Source: Octopus vulgaris (lineage: Eukaryota). From it: a stretch of DNA of 64,000 nucleotides. Below, piece by piece: positions 37,795 through 51,167 of this stretch (positions are counted from its first letter, which is position 1; each line of letters starts with the position of its first letter). The stretch is taken from the NCBI GenBank assembly GCA_951406725.2, contig OX597817.1, positions 46,562,001 to 46,626,000 on the forward strand. Direction: 5' to 3'. A model generated the notes under the pieces. It was given only the letters and a program-made list of their open reading frames with translations. It was not told the DNA's origin and ran no database searches. The translations under genes were made by a program, and so were the position numbers.

Positions 37795-38238
37795 TCGTTT
37801 CAAATTCTAACAGAAGACCAGAAATTTTAAGGAAAGGAATTTATCGATTATATATTCTTTATTTTATCGACCCCAAAAAGATGAAAGACACAGCCAACAT
37901 CAAGTGAATTCGAACTCTGAAACTAAAGAGCTGGATGTAATACTTATTTCTTTACTACCCACAAGGGGCTTAACACTGAGAGGACAAACAAGGACAGATA
38001 AACGGATTAAGTCGATTACGTCGACCCCAGTGCGTAACTGGTACTTATTTAATCGACCCCCGAAAGGATGAAAGGCAAAGTCAACCTCGGCGGAATTTGA
38101 ACTCAGAACGTAGCGGCAGACGAAATACTGCTAAGCATTTCGCCTGGCGTGCTAACGATTCTGCCAGCTCGCCGCTGGATGTTATACTGCGAAGCATTTT
38201 GAGCAACGTGCTAATTACTCTCCCAGTTGGTCGCCTCA
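37795..38238 (-). mobile_element. Old SINE-A containing a young SINE-A (37945-38173)
   Basis: TSD gctggatgtaatact (37930-37944) / gctggatgttatact (38174-38188). Confidence 0.85.
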
Positions 38239-38829
38239 GCAACAAAAATATTCACTTCTAATTTGAAGGAATCTGTCAATTAAACAGTTCTCCGCCGGTA
38301 TATTGCTGCATCAGCCCCCAAACTACGAAATAAAAAGTCGATCTCAGGTGAAATTGAACTCTTAACATAAAGAGGCGGAAGCAATGCCGCTAAGCTTGTT
38401 TGTCCGATCTGCTAACGTTTCTACCAGCTTGCCGAGCAATTACAAATTTAATGTAGAGCTATTATGCTTAATTCTACAGAATTGTTGTATTCTAGGTGAA
38501 AAATAATTCATTAATTGCTATTGAAATGAAAACGTTTTAGGTTACAGCGTTTTAACCTTAGGCGTCAAAATTAAAACTCATAAAGTGTATCATCAGTTAA
38601 GAGGGGGGAGAACATCAAACGATATTTGCTGAATTGGACTGGGTGCTAAAATCGACAAATATCAAAAGAAATGCCATAATTACGAAATTCTCTATGAAGA
38701 ATCGCAATTCTAAAGAATCTAATATTAATATTGAATTCTAATAGGTTTTTATTCTGGCAAGAGACAGAAGGAAAATTTAGGTGAAGCACGAACGTATATC
38801 CCACTTGCAAGACGCATACACAAACACAA

Positions 38830-38878
<49 letters not shown>

Positions 38879-39490
38879 CACGTGTACACACACGTACACA
38901 AACAGATACACGAATGTAGATATTCACAGTAACAAGGCGTGTATATACTTATACGTATACAGTTTTACAACTTATATGCAAACATACATATATGTGTGTG
39001 TGTGTAAACATGCGTGTGTACAAAAATACATATATGGCTGTATACGCAATATATATGTATGCATATGTGTGTATACATTATATATGTAATCTAGATGCAT
39101 ATATATATATATATATATATATATAGTTCTGCAGCATATATAGATATATACACCCAACTATATATACATCTAAACATATGTGTAATAAGTAGATGTATAC
39201 CTATATATTTACCGTGATTCATGTAGATGTGTCAGTGTATGAACGCGGCTCTAAATATCTATCTTCATAAGTATGGATAGATATATGTGTGTAGAAACTC
39301 ACACGCAGCACAACACACACACACATACACACACACACAAGTATATATGATATGATTATACATAAAAACATGTGCACTTATTTTTATTATTTCTATAAAA
39401 ACCTTGATAATATATTCATACATGTGTGTATGTGTGTGTGTTTGTAGAGAGAGAGGAAGAGGTTGAAAGATAGATAGATAGATAGATATG

Positions 39491-39543
<53 letters not shown>

Positions 39544-40590
39544 GCATATCATCCAAAATCTACCCATCCTCACTGGAGATAAAACAATGAACAAAATTTT
39601 AGGCTTCCACAAAATTATCAAAAGCAAAATGCAACCTAAATCATTGAAAAATATTTTAACCAGCGCAAGACTATATCCATTAACAATGGAACCAATAGTG
39701 AAAAAATGTGGTCGACCAAACTGTGGTACATGCCCACCTTTTGGAGGGTTCAGAGTTCCACTTTAAACAAGGAGAAATATTAAAGATTAAATCAATTTTC
39801 ACCTGTGCCTCGGAAAATCTAATCTATGCCATTATATGCTTAGGGTATGGTAATCATTATATTGGCCAAACAAGAATATCATTCCGTCGCAGAAGCACTC
39901 TCAACAAAGAACACATCCACCACCGAAAATACAGACAGATACACGTCAGAGAACACATAAAATGGTGTGCTACGAAACTTAATCCTAATTTCCTAATTTT
40001 CCTTTTCTATCGATGTTCACAGAACACCTCACTACAAGAAAGAATGAATAAAGAGGCAACTTTCATTAATAAATATCTTCCATAACTCAGTATGAACACA
40101 TAGCTTAATGTAGAACACTACTAACCTTTCAATTAATACCACCCATGCATCCTATACACCATTCACATTACAGATCTATATCTACCCTAATTGCGCCAAA
40201 TCTAGAACTGATTACCTCCCTTACACGTAATCTTTTTACTCAGGGACTAGTAAACCCGATACTGTTCGGTAATCGATGTGTTTTCAAAGCAGTGATCAGT
40301 AATTTTATGAAACCGATATGCTTTTGAATCTCTTCAACAATTCACAATAATAACTTTTATTACTTTTATTCCTACCTCAGTTCATCTAATTGTATATATC
40401 TATTGTTACTTTTCATAAAAAACTTTACTTTTCTTGTGCATTTTCAATGTACATTTTCGCTTATTTTTCTTCTTACTTTCCCCCTCCATTTCCACGTGTA
40501 GTTTCTATTTTATTTTTGTAACATATTTCTATTATATATATATAATCTTCACAGCCTTGGATTTTTTTATCTCATTCTGAAAAAAACCCA
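39544..40590 (+). mobile_element. Penelope-like element 3' part (Cys-rich linker + GIY-YIG endonuclease, Neptune-like) with 3' hammerhead motif
   Basis: QPKSLKNILTSA..KKCGRPNCGTCP/HLLEGSEF..FTCASENLIYAIICLGYGNHYIGQT..ERMNKEATFINKY, with one frameshift. Begins immediately after (TAGA)n. Confidence 0.85.
40283..40328 (+). ncRNA. Degenerate minimal hammerhead motif downstream of PLE GIY-YIG
   Basis: aaagca-gtgatca-gtaattttat-gaaa-ccga-ta-tgcttt. Stem I is intact and the core has 2 substitutions. Confidence 0.5.
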
Positions 40591-40600
40591 ATTATATATG

Positions 40601-40663
<63 letters not shown>

Positions 40664-40852
40664 ATATAGTTGTTGCGTACAAATCACAAATTACTGATAA
40701 ATTTCATTATTTGTGTGTGTGTATAATATATATATATAGAGAGAGAGACAAACACACAGATAGACAGACAGTCAGACAGATAGATAGATAGGTTGGTAGG
40801 TAGATAGATTCACATATATATATATATATATATATACAGAGAGAGAGAGAGA

Positions 40853-40983
40853 GAGGGTGTCCCAAAAAGATGTACTCACCCTTTGACAGACGATTGTATG
40901 TATATCAATAAACATCTACTTGAACACAAAATGCATGACTAATGAGAAGTCAAAGAATGAGTACATCTTTTTGGGGAAACCAG
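40853..40983. mobile_element. Tc1/mariner-type MITE (~130 bp)
   Basis: ~33-bp imperfect TIRs (gggtgtcccaaaaagatgtactcaccctttgac / gtcaaagaatgagtacatctttttggggaaaccag). TA at the right end. Confidence 0.75.
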
Positions 40984-41065
<82 letters not shown>

Positions 41066-41444
41066 CATTCATATAGACATATGTATATCTGAATATGTCT
41101 ATATGTGCAGTAAACATATGTGTGTATGTGTTTGAGTGTATGTGCGTACGTGCGTGTCTGAGTGCACACCTGTGCGTGTTTGCGTGTTTCATAATAGACA
41201 TAACGTTTGCCATATACTGAAATAAAGCTAGACAACTTGTTTAAGTCCTTCTGAGTATTTGATGTTACCGTGCTGTCTTGGCCTTCTGTTTGTTTCTGAC
41301 TTCTTACGTTATCTTATCATTCAGCACAAACTGAAATCAAATGTCTTGCCGAAGGTTACAATATACCTCATATTCAGACAACAACATTAAAATCGAGACT
41401 GAAGCTCCTTCAGCAATAGCTGATGCAGTATATCTTCTAATCGT

Positions 41445-41690
41445 CTTTCTTTTACTTATTTGAGTTATGGAACTACGGCCATGCTGGAGCACAGCCGTCT
41501 GATATTTTAATGGACCGAATCGACCCCAGCACAGGTGTGTTTTTTTAAAGCTTGATACTTATTCTATCGGGCTCTTTTATCGAACCGCTATGCTACTGGA
41601 ACGTAAACACAGCAACACCGGTTGTCAAGCAGCGAAGGGGACAAACACAGACACAAAAACACACACATATACAAGCACAAACACACAGAA
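41445..41690 (-). mobile_element. SINE-B 3' half, diverged
   Basis: ggccatgctggagcac..gaaccgcta..ggttgtcaagc..acaaacacagacac. Confidence 0.7.
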
Positions 41691-42516
41691 ACTTTAATAA
41701 TCATGCATTATCTGCGTTTCTGTTATCTATATAATCTGTGTACATACACACATTTAAAGAGTATGTGCGAGTGTGTACGTTGATTCATTTTACAGAACAT
41801 AATGTGATTTACACGCCGATTATAGATGCTTCGTTAGAAATATATCACTAGAAAAAGAGCAGCAAGTTAGCCATCAATAATAGACTGTCGGACTACAAAC
41901 CTGTTTACCACGTGTATATGAAAAATATCAAATAAATAAATAACTGTAAACTAGATATTTGTGATTGTCATGATTCTACTGCGCCTTTTCACTTGCAGAT
42001 ATGGATTTTACAAAACGTGCAAATGCCATGGAGAAAATTCTATGACTTGAAAATAACTAGACAGAAGATAACCAACAGAAAATCCAACCATCCCATGTAA
42101 AAGAGACTTTAACACAAAACTCATTATATAAATACAAGTTCATTGTAATAACAAACTGGTACCAAACATTAACGGTCCAACAAAACCGCAACTGCAGAAA
42201 GAGGTATGATGCCAACGGTAAGAAAATTTAATATATCTTAACATATTAAATCCTGGCGAAATGAAAAGCGATATACAAACAGCCCATGAAGCAGACCAGA
42301 ATTTAAAATAAAGTAAATAACAAACAGAAAATAAAGCTGGAATGCTGGTGTTCTTTGAATGTTGATTTACGTTTCCGAAGGAGTAATAAACATGTATGAA
42401 CAATCCTTAATAAAATACTTAATATTGAAGCAAAAGCGGCTTTTTAATAACACGTCTTTAAAATCTATTACTTATAAGAATATATATATATAAGAATATA
42501 TATATATATATATATA

Positions 42517-42551
<35 letters not shown>

Positions 42552-42679
42552 ACGCAGGGGTGGGTACGCGCGTGGGTGGGTGAGTATCCGTGGGTGTGTG
42601 TGTGTCTGTATGTATGAAGGTAGATAGATAAATTGAAACATACACACACCTATGTTCAAATATGTATTCATACATACAT

Positions 42680-43275
42680 AGACATTCATGCTTGCCGATA
42701 TGCAGACCTACATAGATAAACACATGCATACATACATACATACATACCTACATACAAGCGGGCATACTTATATGCAGGCATACATACATCCATACATGCA
42801 CGCATACAAACATACATACATGCTGGCATACATACGTATATGCAAGCATACATATATATATACATGCATGCAGCATGCATATATACATACATACATACAC
42901 ATATGCATATATATTCATGCTTACAGGATACATGCAGCCATTCATACATACATACATACATACATATACGCTGGCTCACATACATGCATACATACATGCA
43001 TACATACACGCATACAAACATACATACATGCAGCTTGCATATATACATACATATATGCATATAGATATATACATACTTACAGGATGCATGCAACCATTCA
43101 TACATGCACACATACATATATGCATATATGCAGGATCACATACTTACATTCATACATATATGCATATATGCAGGCATACATACATGCATACATCCATCCA
43201 TCCATACACACATATATACATACATGCATGCGCTCATACATACAGTCATGCATACATACGTAGATGCATACACAC
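42680..43275. repeat. Degenerate (CATA/CATG)n minisatellite with an internal ~150-bp duplication
   Basis: cttacaggata/gcatgcag/accattcatacat recurs at ~42920 and ~43076. Confidence 0.85.
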
Positions 43276-44399
43276 TTGAGTATATAACACATTAAGACCG
43301 AGAAAATTCTCAGGATAGTAAAGCCCAAGAGAGGACTTGATTGTCAGATACCAGTACAAAAGAAAACACTTAAATTCTATTAGATTATGTAATCGACCTT
43401 TTGCAAACAAGCAATCGTTGGAGGTAAGAACTGGCTGGGGTTGGTGGAAACTAATTCAATATCGAAGAAATCCATGAAAATGGCGAAAAACCAATAGCAA
43501 ATTACAGGTCAAGAATTTAACGTATAAATTACATACAGCGTCTCCTGAACGACTCTTCCTTGGATATTAAGATAGTCATGATGTGACAAGCAAACACTTA
43601 AATTGGGAGGAAAATATTCAAGTTGGTTCGAACATTTTGTAATTAACAAAACTGTGGACACCAAAAGTGCAGTGACATGCGCGGAAATCGGTTATAGGCT
43701 GACGCGATTATAAGAAAGCATGCAGTTCTAAATCCCATGCGTGAATGCTAGAGGTTATCTGATTTGCTAAATTTCCAGGGAACATAATGGGTGACACAAA
43801 AAATAGGTTTCATCTAGTGTTACTATTTTGAAGTTGAATGCAAGAGCTCAACGGGTTTTCCCCAATAGGGAAGTATATTGTAAGAGTGATTGATGCTGTT
43901 TATATGTAACTTAACACATAACATTTTGTAGATTACCTGAAATATATGCCAAGAATACTGATGATATAAGGGGCCTGGACTTTGTATCGACAGTTTCAAA
44001 TGACATAAAGATAGTGCTTCACCACAGTAGGCGTTTTCCACCTTATTTCAAAATTGACAGAAAACTATGAGCTAATTTTTAATTATTCCGTATCAATGGC
44101 CTGACTTTTAATGAGGTTGCAAATAGCTACGAAAGGACTCTGAAAGAGAGAACTTACAGCTGATTAAGCGTTCAGTCAACACATGAAACACATCTTTGAC
44201 AGCTTGTTGCGAAAATAAAGAAGCAGTATTGAACCAGTGCATGTGTTTATTTTAATTTTTAATGACCCTTCCAAGACACAACAATAACTTGAATATTTCT
44301 TCGCTATTTGAAGAAAAATGTTAACGAAACCTAGAGATGGAACTTTTAACAGGGAGTCTATACTCAGAGACTGTAACTCTCAGATAAAATTATGGACCT

Positions 44400-44610
44400 C
44401 AGAAATTTCTGTCAATCTACAATATATCCTTAAGCCAAAAGTGAATTTGCAGTAGCAGTAGTCATAAAGAAAACATCTGGTACTCGATTGAATATTAGAC
44501 GAAATCCGCACCATTTGTATGGAAACACAAAATCTATCAACCCGTAACAGAAATTCCACATTAATAGTAATATAAGCGCCCCAACCGATAACAATCAGAC
44601 TCAAAGCAGT
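44400..44610 (+). mobile_element. Degenerate APE-endonuclease remnant of a LINE
   Basis: Fragments AVAVVIKK and TLIVI*AP resemble the APE GVA and vYAP motifs. Heavily decayed. Confidence 0.35.
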
Positions 44611-45611
44611 TTAAATTGCACTAAAAATACACATATGCATAATGTGTGTGTGTGTGTGTGTACATGTATATGCATAGTAAGAGAAAGGAACATGGGCAAT
44701 CTTGATATTCCGAAATTTCCAATTGTTACACGATTCAGCATTCGACAACACATGGTGTCACCACACAATGAAAGCAACCAGTAGATGCAGCTTATAGGTT
44801 CAGCATGGAGCAAACATATCATCAGACAATTGTGAAAGAAATACAGACAGCCTGTGTGTGCAAGCGACGGTGGTAGTTTAACGTTTAACGTGTTTAACAT
44901 TAGAGAAGAAACCTATGTGCTTATCAACAGAATAACATGTGTGTGTATGCGTGTGTGTGTGTGTGTGTGTGTGTATAAACCTTCACACAGAGATAACTTA
45001 GTGACTATTTGCCGATACACAGAGCATGTAAACATTTATTTAGAATTCTCTATGAGGCATTACACTCCTAGATTCACTTAGAAAGTGAGTTCGTATCAAT
45101 ATTCTCGTGATTCTATGAGGATGATGTAGAGACTGTAATATCCACAGTTTACGTATAATGATTATAAACGAGAAAATCAAGTTAGATATACTTAATAAAC
45201 TGTATTCTTACAAGTGTTGCTGCAGTATTACAGATATATACGCTCGTTGACAAGTGAGACATTACTAAAACTACGATACCGTCACCAAACAGAAGTCTGT
45301 GACTAGCTACAAACATGGACGCTAGTGCTGGGAGGTTAATAAAAAACCACAGATAGATATACAAATAAATCCATACATATCCAATATCTTCAACCGTTAA
45401 TCCAGACACTTATGTTTTTCTCTCTTTTCTCTCTCCCTCTCTCCGATTTTTCCTCTCTTCATCTGTTTCCTCTCTCTAGAAGAGCATAGGTTTGAAACGT
45501 CGAAGATATTTTTTTCATCTTTCCTGAGCGTCAAACAAATATACCTTGTTTATTTTTCATCTACTTGTCTCTGTCTCTTTTTTTTGTACAATTTTGAACC
45601 ATATCCTAACA

Positions 45612-45986
45612 CTAGCAGTATCGCCCGGCGTTGCTCTGGTTTGTAAGGGAAATAACTATAAAGCATTTTTAGAGAGTTATAGCCAAAAAACAGCAAAAAA
45701 ATGATGGTAAATTTTTTTTTGATAGTTAAAAAAGGTGGAGTTGCGTCCCCTACACAGTTCGTGGTTCGTGTTTCTGATTCTCGACCCCATGTCGAATTTA
45801 TCGATTTTTTTCAGAACTGGGGGAACTTTTCAAAATTTTCGCTGCGTTAGTTTTGAATTATGACATTGGGCTATGTGTGTGTCAAGTTTCATCAGAATCG
45901 GTTGAAAGCCGTGGTCAGGGTGAGGGTACAAGCAAACAGACACACAGAAACACGCACAGACAAACTGCCGTTTATATAGAGAGAGA
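45612..45986 (-). mobile_element. Non-autonomous Helitron
   Basis: The minus strand starts 5'-TC(tctctatataaacggcag) and ends CTAG-3'. It has a subterminal GC-rich hairpin (ccagagcaacgccggg) and is inserted between A and T with no TSD. Confidence 0.8.
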
Positions 45987-46134
45987 TATTCAAGCTTATA
46001 TGCATACAAACACAGCAGCTCAGATATACTCATACCGATATAAAAAGAAACTAAAGTTCTATTCATTCATGTACACATAATCTGACATCATATTTTCACA
46101 GATAATGGAACCATACATACTACGAGACTCTTCT

Positions 46135-46253
<119 letters not shown>

Positions 46254-46512
46254 TGTTTCTTTATTGGCCACACAGGGCTGAACACAGAGGGGACAAAATA
46301 CAAAGCAGAGCTTTTCTTTTGGGGATGGAAGGAAAATAAGCGGTGTTAAAATTTTGATCAAAAGGGATCGTGAAAAAGAACGGTGGGGAATCCGATCAAT
46401 AGAGATCATATATCACAGAAATGTAATAGTGTAAAACGGGAAACAGATGAGGTTTATCTGTGGAAAGAAAAGCCTACGGAAAAGACCATGGTAACCTCGG
46501 GCAATAATGTCA
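46254..46512 (-). mobile_element. 3' UTR fragment of the same Tx1-like LINE family
   Basis: Aligns with 30058-30385 (tttctttattggccacacagggctg..., aagcctacgg..aagacca.ggtaacctcgg). The 3' end abuts (TAGA)n at 46136-46252. Confidence 0.85.
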
Positions 46513-46855
46513 TGCAAAAAACACATTACAGTAAGGGACTCTCTTTTTTTCCTTTCTTTATCTGGTTCGCATATATGTACTATGTACGTGTATGCTAGTG
46601 TCTGGTGTGTTATACAAAAGTGAAGGCGCGTGGCACAGTGCTTAGAGCATTCAGCTCATGATCGTAAGGTCGTGAGTTCGATTCCCGGTTGAGAGTTGCG
46701 TCATTGAGCAAGACACTTCATTTCACTCGTTTCGATCCATTCAGCTGGCAAAAACATATACCTGTACACACACTTACACACACATACATGTGTATATATA
46801 CTTATATACATACAAATACATTCACGTAATTATAAAATTATGACTCACATATATG

Positions 46856-47265
46856 GGTGCAGGAGTGGCTATGTGGTAAGTAGTTTGCTTACTAGCCACA
46901 TGGTTAAGGGTTCAGCTTAGGCAATTGTCCTACGTTATGGCCTCGGACCGACCAAAGCCTTGGGAGTGGATTTGGTAGACGGAAACTGAAAGAAGCCCGT
47001 CGTATATATATATGTGTGTGTGTGTGTTTGCGTGTATGTGTGTGTGTGCGTGTGTGTGTCTGTGTTCGCGTGTCTGTGTTTGTCCCAACCACCATCGCTT
47101 GACAACCGATTTTGGTGTGTCTACGTCCCCGTAACCCAGCGGCTCGGCAGAAGAAACCGATGGAATATGTACTAGGCTTACAAGGAATAAGTCCTGGGCT
47201 CGATTTCTTCGACTAAAGGCGGTGCTGCATCATGGCCGTAGTAAATTAACTGAAACAAATAAAAG
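46856..47265 (+). mobile_element. SINE-B
   Basis: Match to 3317-3695. Confidence 0.85.
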
Positions 47266-47894
47266 CCTAAACGAATAGGTACAACGACTCCAAAACCTAT
47301 GTTAGAGTGTAGAAACACAGAAGCCGACAGTAAAAAAATGTGGAAGACCCAATTGCGGGATATGCGATTATCTAATTGAGGGATCAGAGTTCTCCTTCAA
47401 ACAGGGACAACGGTTTACAGTGAAAAGCAACTTCACATGTGCTTCGGGGAACTGATATACACACTAACCTGCTCTGGGTGTCAAGAGCAATACATAGGCC
47501 AAACAAAAAATAGGTTGCGTAAAAGAATGGCCCTGCACAGATCCCAGATAAAAATTCCCCAAAACAGAAAAATAGCATTCAGCCAACACAGATATTTGCG
47601 CCAACAACAAAACACCAAACTTCAGGATTTTCCCCCTCTATCAATTCAGGGACGATACAACCTCGAGCCAACGAATAAGTAAAGAAACTCTCTTTATTAC
47701 AAAATACAGACCCCTTCTGAACGGGTCTACGACAAACGATATATCCACCTCAGCATTAGAATAACACAAATACACACGCAAATATTACATTCCTAAGAAT
47801 CCATTAAAAATCGGCCCCAATCACAGCTATAATCCATAACGTGCCAACTTTAAGTCAAACAACACATCAACTACTTCCACTCATTCATATTCTC

Positions 47895-48355
47895 CCTTCT
47901 CTTTCTTCTTTTCCTTCTTCTTCTTCATCTTCATCATCGTCATCATCATCATCATCGTCATCATCATCACCATCATCATCATCTCCTTCTTCTTCTTCAT
48001 CATCATCATTATCATCATCATCGTCATCATCATCATCTTCTTCTTCTTCTTCTTCTTCTTCTTCTCCTTCTTCTTCTCCTTCTTCTTCTACTTCTCCCCC
48101 TTCTACTTCCTAACTTTATCACTAATGCTTTTTAGTATAACACCTACGCAAATTCTATAAACAAACCTTTCAATTTCATTCTCATGAATTGAACAGCAAC
48201 TGCTAGCCGCCACTGACCACTCAAAGAACGACAATCAAGGCACTCCCAAATTCTTCTCCCCTTCTCCTCATCCTTCTTCTTCTTCTTCTTCTTCTTCTTC
48301 TTCTTCTTCTTCTTCTTCTTCTTCTTCTTCTTCTTCTTCTTCTTCTTCTTCTTCC
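47895..48355. repeat. (TCA)n/(TTC)n tracts
   Basis: Direct inspection; located in the 3' region of the Penelope remnant. Confidence 0.9.
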
Positions 48356-48510
48356 CTACCAAGAATTCACAATGACCTGGAACCCACAAGTGTAAACAAG
48401 AGAGACAGAGAAAGGCAGAAACAAGGAAAATGTCACTTATATTTGAACACTATACAAATATTCTTTTAAAAAAACTTTTCTTTTAATTTTTCTAAATTTA
48501 ATTATTTAAT

Positions 48511-48558
48511 CGTTACAGTTGAAAAGGTCTCAAAATGACTGAAACCGGTACTGAAATG
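48511..48558 (+). ncRNA. Degenerate minimal hammerhead motif downstream of PLE GIY-YIG
   Basis: cag-ttgaaaa-ggtc-tcaaaat-gact-gaaa-ccgg-ta-ctg. Palindromic stem III (ACCGGT) and a mutated core. Confidence 0.55.
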
Positions 48559-48692
48559 TTCTTTATAAAATTATTTTAGCATTTTCTACCTTGACTTGTT
48601 TTTTCATATATATCAACGCGTGTGTTCCTTTTCATCCTTATACATATACATATGTATATATATACATATGTGTGTCTGTATATATATATGCG

Positions 48693-48760
<68 letters not shown>

Positions 48761-49254
48761 CATACACACACACACACACAAAGATATATATGTCGAAAAA
48801 TAAATATTCTTAAATGTAAATGGTTCAGCATAACTATATTTATATTAATAGCTCAGTATAGCTAGTAATTATTGACGCTCCATATGGAAATTGAGTTTCG
48901 CTAAAGATCTTTATTAGACAGATAAAACATTTATGCTATAATGGCAGGAAATTTTTTTCGTAAATTAGTATCCCTGGAATATAATATATTCAACAAAATC
49001 TGCTGAAACTAAATGTATGTAGTATTATGAAAACCTGTTGGAAAGCCTGAGAGTAAATTATCTTATACTGCTTTGCCATTCGAATTTGTCAGTAACAGAT
49101 TTAATATTAGAAGCGTGGGGGTAAGTGTTACATTTGACTCGTATCCATGGTTCTACTCCACTATTACTTCAACAAGTCAGGTATTCGCTCTCTATCCAGA
49201 TGTTGGCTTGTCAAGACTCTCTGTTTGCCTTGCTTTTTGTATCCAATACACTTT

Positions 49255-49595
49255 TGATGACGTTAGTCTACAGACGTCTTTGACGGACACTTCTTCGGTC
49301 ACTCTTTACACTTCCTGTGAGAATCGTCTTCGACAATGATTCGTGTTGCATAATATGTCCAAAACATGATAGCTTTCTCGGCTGATTCTCAACAAAGGAT
49401 GCCTGGGCTTTCGTTCGTTTTCTTTTGACTGCGATTTTGGTCCTGATCAATAGCTTGATGACCTGCCGGAGCTTCATCAAGTAGTCCCTGCCTGTTGTGC
49501 GTGACATCTTCACAGCTTCTATTGTGGTGTCTCTCCAGCTTACTCTGTTCAATTTACGAAAGATCCACGTACCAAATGCATTTATCTCATTTTCA
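49255..49595 (-). mobile_element. RTE-clade LINE ORF C-terminal remnant
   Basis: RVSWRD...RKLSCFGHIMQHESLSKTILTGSVKSDRRSVRQRR matches the RTE C-terminal signature (L.WFGH..R..L.K.IL.G...G.R.RGR). Confidence 0.7.
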
Positions 49596-49599
49596 GTTG

Positions 49600-49903
49600 C
49601 ACCGAAAGGATGAAAGGCAAAGTCGACCTCGGCGGAATTTGAACTCAGAACGTAGCGGCAGACGAAATACCTATTTCTTTACTACCCACAAGGGGCTAAA
49701 CACAGAGAAGACAAACAAGGACAGACAAACGGATTAAGTCGATTATATCGACTCCAGTGCGTAACAGGTACTTATTTAATCGACCCCGAAAGGATGAAAG
49801 GTAAAGTCGACCTCGGAGGCATTTGAACTCAGAATGTAACGGCAGACGAAATACCGCTACGCATTTCGCCCTGCGTGCTAACGTTTCTGCCAGCTCGCCG
49901 CCT
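49600..49903 (-). mobile_element. SINE-A dimer
   Basis: Junction gaaatacc|tatttctttac at 49671. Confidence 0.88.
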
Positions 49904-50520
49904 AAATGTAACGTCATATTACAAGTAATACCCAAATATAGTGCGTGTGTGCGTGTCTATGTGTATATGTGTATGTGTGTGTTTGTGTGTGTGTGTGTGC
50001 GCGCGCGCGTGCGTGCGTGTTTAAGATATGTAATATTTACATTTTACTACAACAAAACTGCTTTATGCAATTGTATATAACTTTCCTTCGTCCAAATAAG
50101 GAATCTTCACTAAATATTCTCTCGATCAAGTCACGCATACTCAAAACCGACTCAACTTCCCTTGATTCTCTATTTACACATTTTTCGCCCTTCTTTCGCT
50201 TTTCGTTTTTTACTCCCTATAATCTTCTTTTAGCATTGCGTATCTTATTTTCGTATATTATTTCGCTAATAAATCTCTTTCTCTCAGTTCTGAATAGTTC
50301 GTTGTTGATTTTTCCCTCTGGACATACTTTTCAGCCATATTTATCTTCGACATTATAACTATTTCATATTTTCTTTAAAATTACTCCACAAATAAATACA
50401 TAAATACACAAGTATACACACGTAATGCATACATATGTAGATTGATACATGCATATATACACACGTATGAAAATACAAATATACATACATAAGTGCTTAC
50501 ATAAATATATATATATGTGT

Positions 50521-50766
50521 ATCTACTAAGAGATCTACATGATGCGGATGTGGACATTTTCAAAAAACATCTAGACAAGCTGCTTTCCGGGATCCCAGAT
50601 GAACCCACTGCAAGGTACGAAGGTAACCTAAGGGCAGCAGCTACAAACTCTCTCTTAGATCAGTGGCCAGCCACGGCAAACTGGACTTAGAGAGGGTAGC
50701 AACAAGGGCGGGGCCCCAGCATGGCCTCAGCCGGATGGCTGAAACAAGTAAAAGAGTAAAAGAGTA
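50521..50766 (+). mobile_element. CR1-group LINE 3' end
   Basis: LRDLHDADVDIFKKHLDKLLSGIPDEP..RAAATNSLLDQ is the typical invertebrate CR1-like ORF2 end. It is followed by hairpin cagcc-ggat-ggctg and (GTAAAAGA)2 terminal repeats. Confidence 0.8.
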
Positions 50767-50858
50767 TGTGAGTCTGTATGTATGTATATTTTGATATATA
50801 TATACATATATGTGTGTGTATGTTTGTGTGTGTGTGTATGTTTGTGTGTGTGTGTGTG

Positions 50859-51105
50859 TGGAGGCGCGTGGCTTAGTGGTTAGGGTGTCAGCATCATGAT
50901 CGTAAGATTGTCGTTTCGATTCCTGGACCGGGCGACGCGTTGTGTTCTTGAGCAAAACATTCCATTTCACGTTGCTGCAGTCCACCTCAGCTGGCAAAAA
51001 TGTGTAACGATGCGACGGCTGGCGTCCCGTCCAGCTGGGGAACACATAAGCCATAGAAACCGAGAAACCGGGCCCATGAGTCTGGCTAGGCTTTAAAACG
51101 GGCGC

Positions 51106-51110
<5 letters not shown>
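50859..51110 (+). mobile_element. SINE-C variant (tail type 1)
   Basis: Head ggaggcgcgtggcttagtggttagg. Tail gcgtcccgtccagctgggg..ctggctaggcttt..gggcgcat. Confidence 0.8.

Positions 51111-51167
<57 letters not shown>

Larger units (their letters stand above)
47300..48600 (+). mobile_element. Second Neptune-like Penelope element 3' part (GIY-YIG) with long low-complexity 3' region and hammerhead motif
   Basis: KKCGRPNCGICDYLIEGSEFSFKQGQRFTVKSNFTCASG/LIYTLTCSGCQEQYIGQTKNRLRKRMALH...KETLFITKYRPLLN, frameshifted. Paralog of 39544-40090. Confidence 0.85.

Noticed and set aside
45470-45506. Hammerhead-like gaagagcataggtttgaaacgtc
   Set aside because: It is probably a decayed PLE terminus, but the core and stems are too degenerate to call.
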